A DNA stretch of 19,240 nt from Chlamydiota bacterium. Its GTDB lineage: Bacteria > Chlamydiota > Chlamydiia > Chlamydiales > RGXB01. The stretch covers positions 1-19,240 of the forward strand of contig CANLTW010000021.1 of assembly GCA_947494155.1 (NCBI GenBank), written 5' to 3'. Positions 19,233 to 19,240 of the stretch are shown here, in pieces. Below the pieces are notes generated by a model. The model was given only the letters and a program-made list of their open reading frames with translations, was not told the DNA's origin and did not search any database. The translations under genes and the position numbers were made by a program. Every line of letters starts with the position of its first letter. The first letter of the stretch is position 1.

Positions 19233-19240
19233 GAAAACAT

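Overview
Bacterial chromosome segment, very likely from an environmental member of the Chlamydiota. This assignment is an inference from the phoH-like/CT016-like/CT017-like gene order, a DUF2608-type protein and a eukaryote-like U-box protein. In order, the window holds: a dodecin-family gene; a DEAD-box RNA helicase with 6.5 copies of a 14-aa C-terminal repeat; an orphan 337-aa protein; a PIN-PhoH ATPase; a CT016-like SWIM protein; a CT017-like SH3 protein; a divergent chorismate-mutase-like gene converging on a large two-domain peptidase-U32 (RlhA-like) gene; rmuC; a 721-aa U-box protein; a YtqB/MnmM-like methyltransferase; a DUF2608 HAD protein; a 134-bp tandem duplication; and the 5S and 23S rRNA genes (minus strand) with their processing stems. 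The best leads are (i) the orphan protein, which has a mitochondrial-presequence-like N-terminus and a C-terminal membrane anchor, (ii) the U-box effector candidate, (iii) the chorismate mutase beside a prephenate-dependent U32 hydroxylase, and (iv) the structured duplicated element downstream of the 5S terminator, which could also encode two ~40-aa peptides. All family calls come from motif recognition by eye; no database searches were run.
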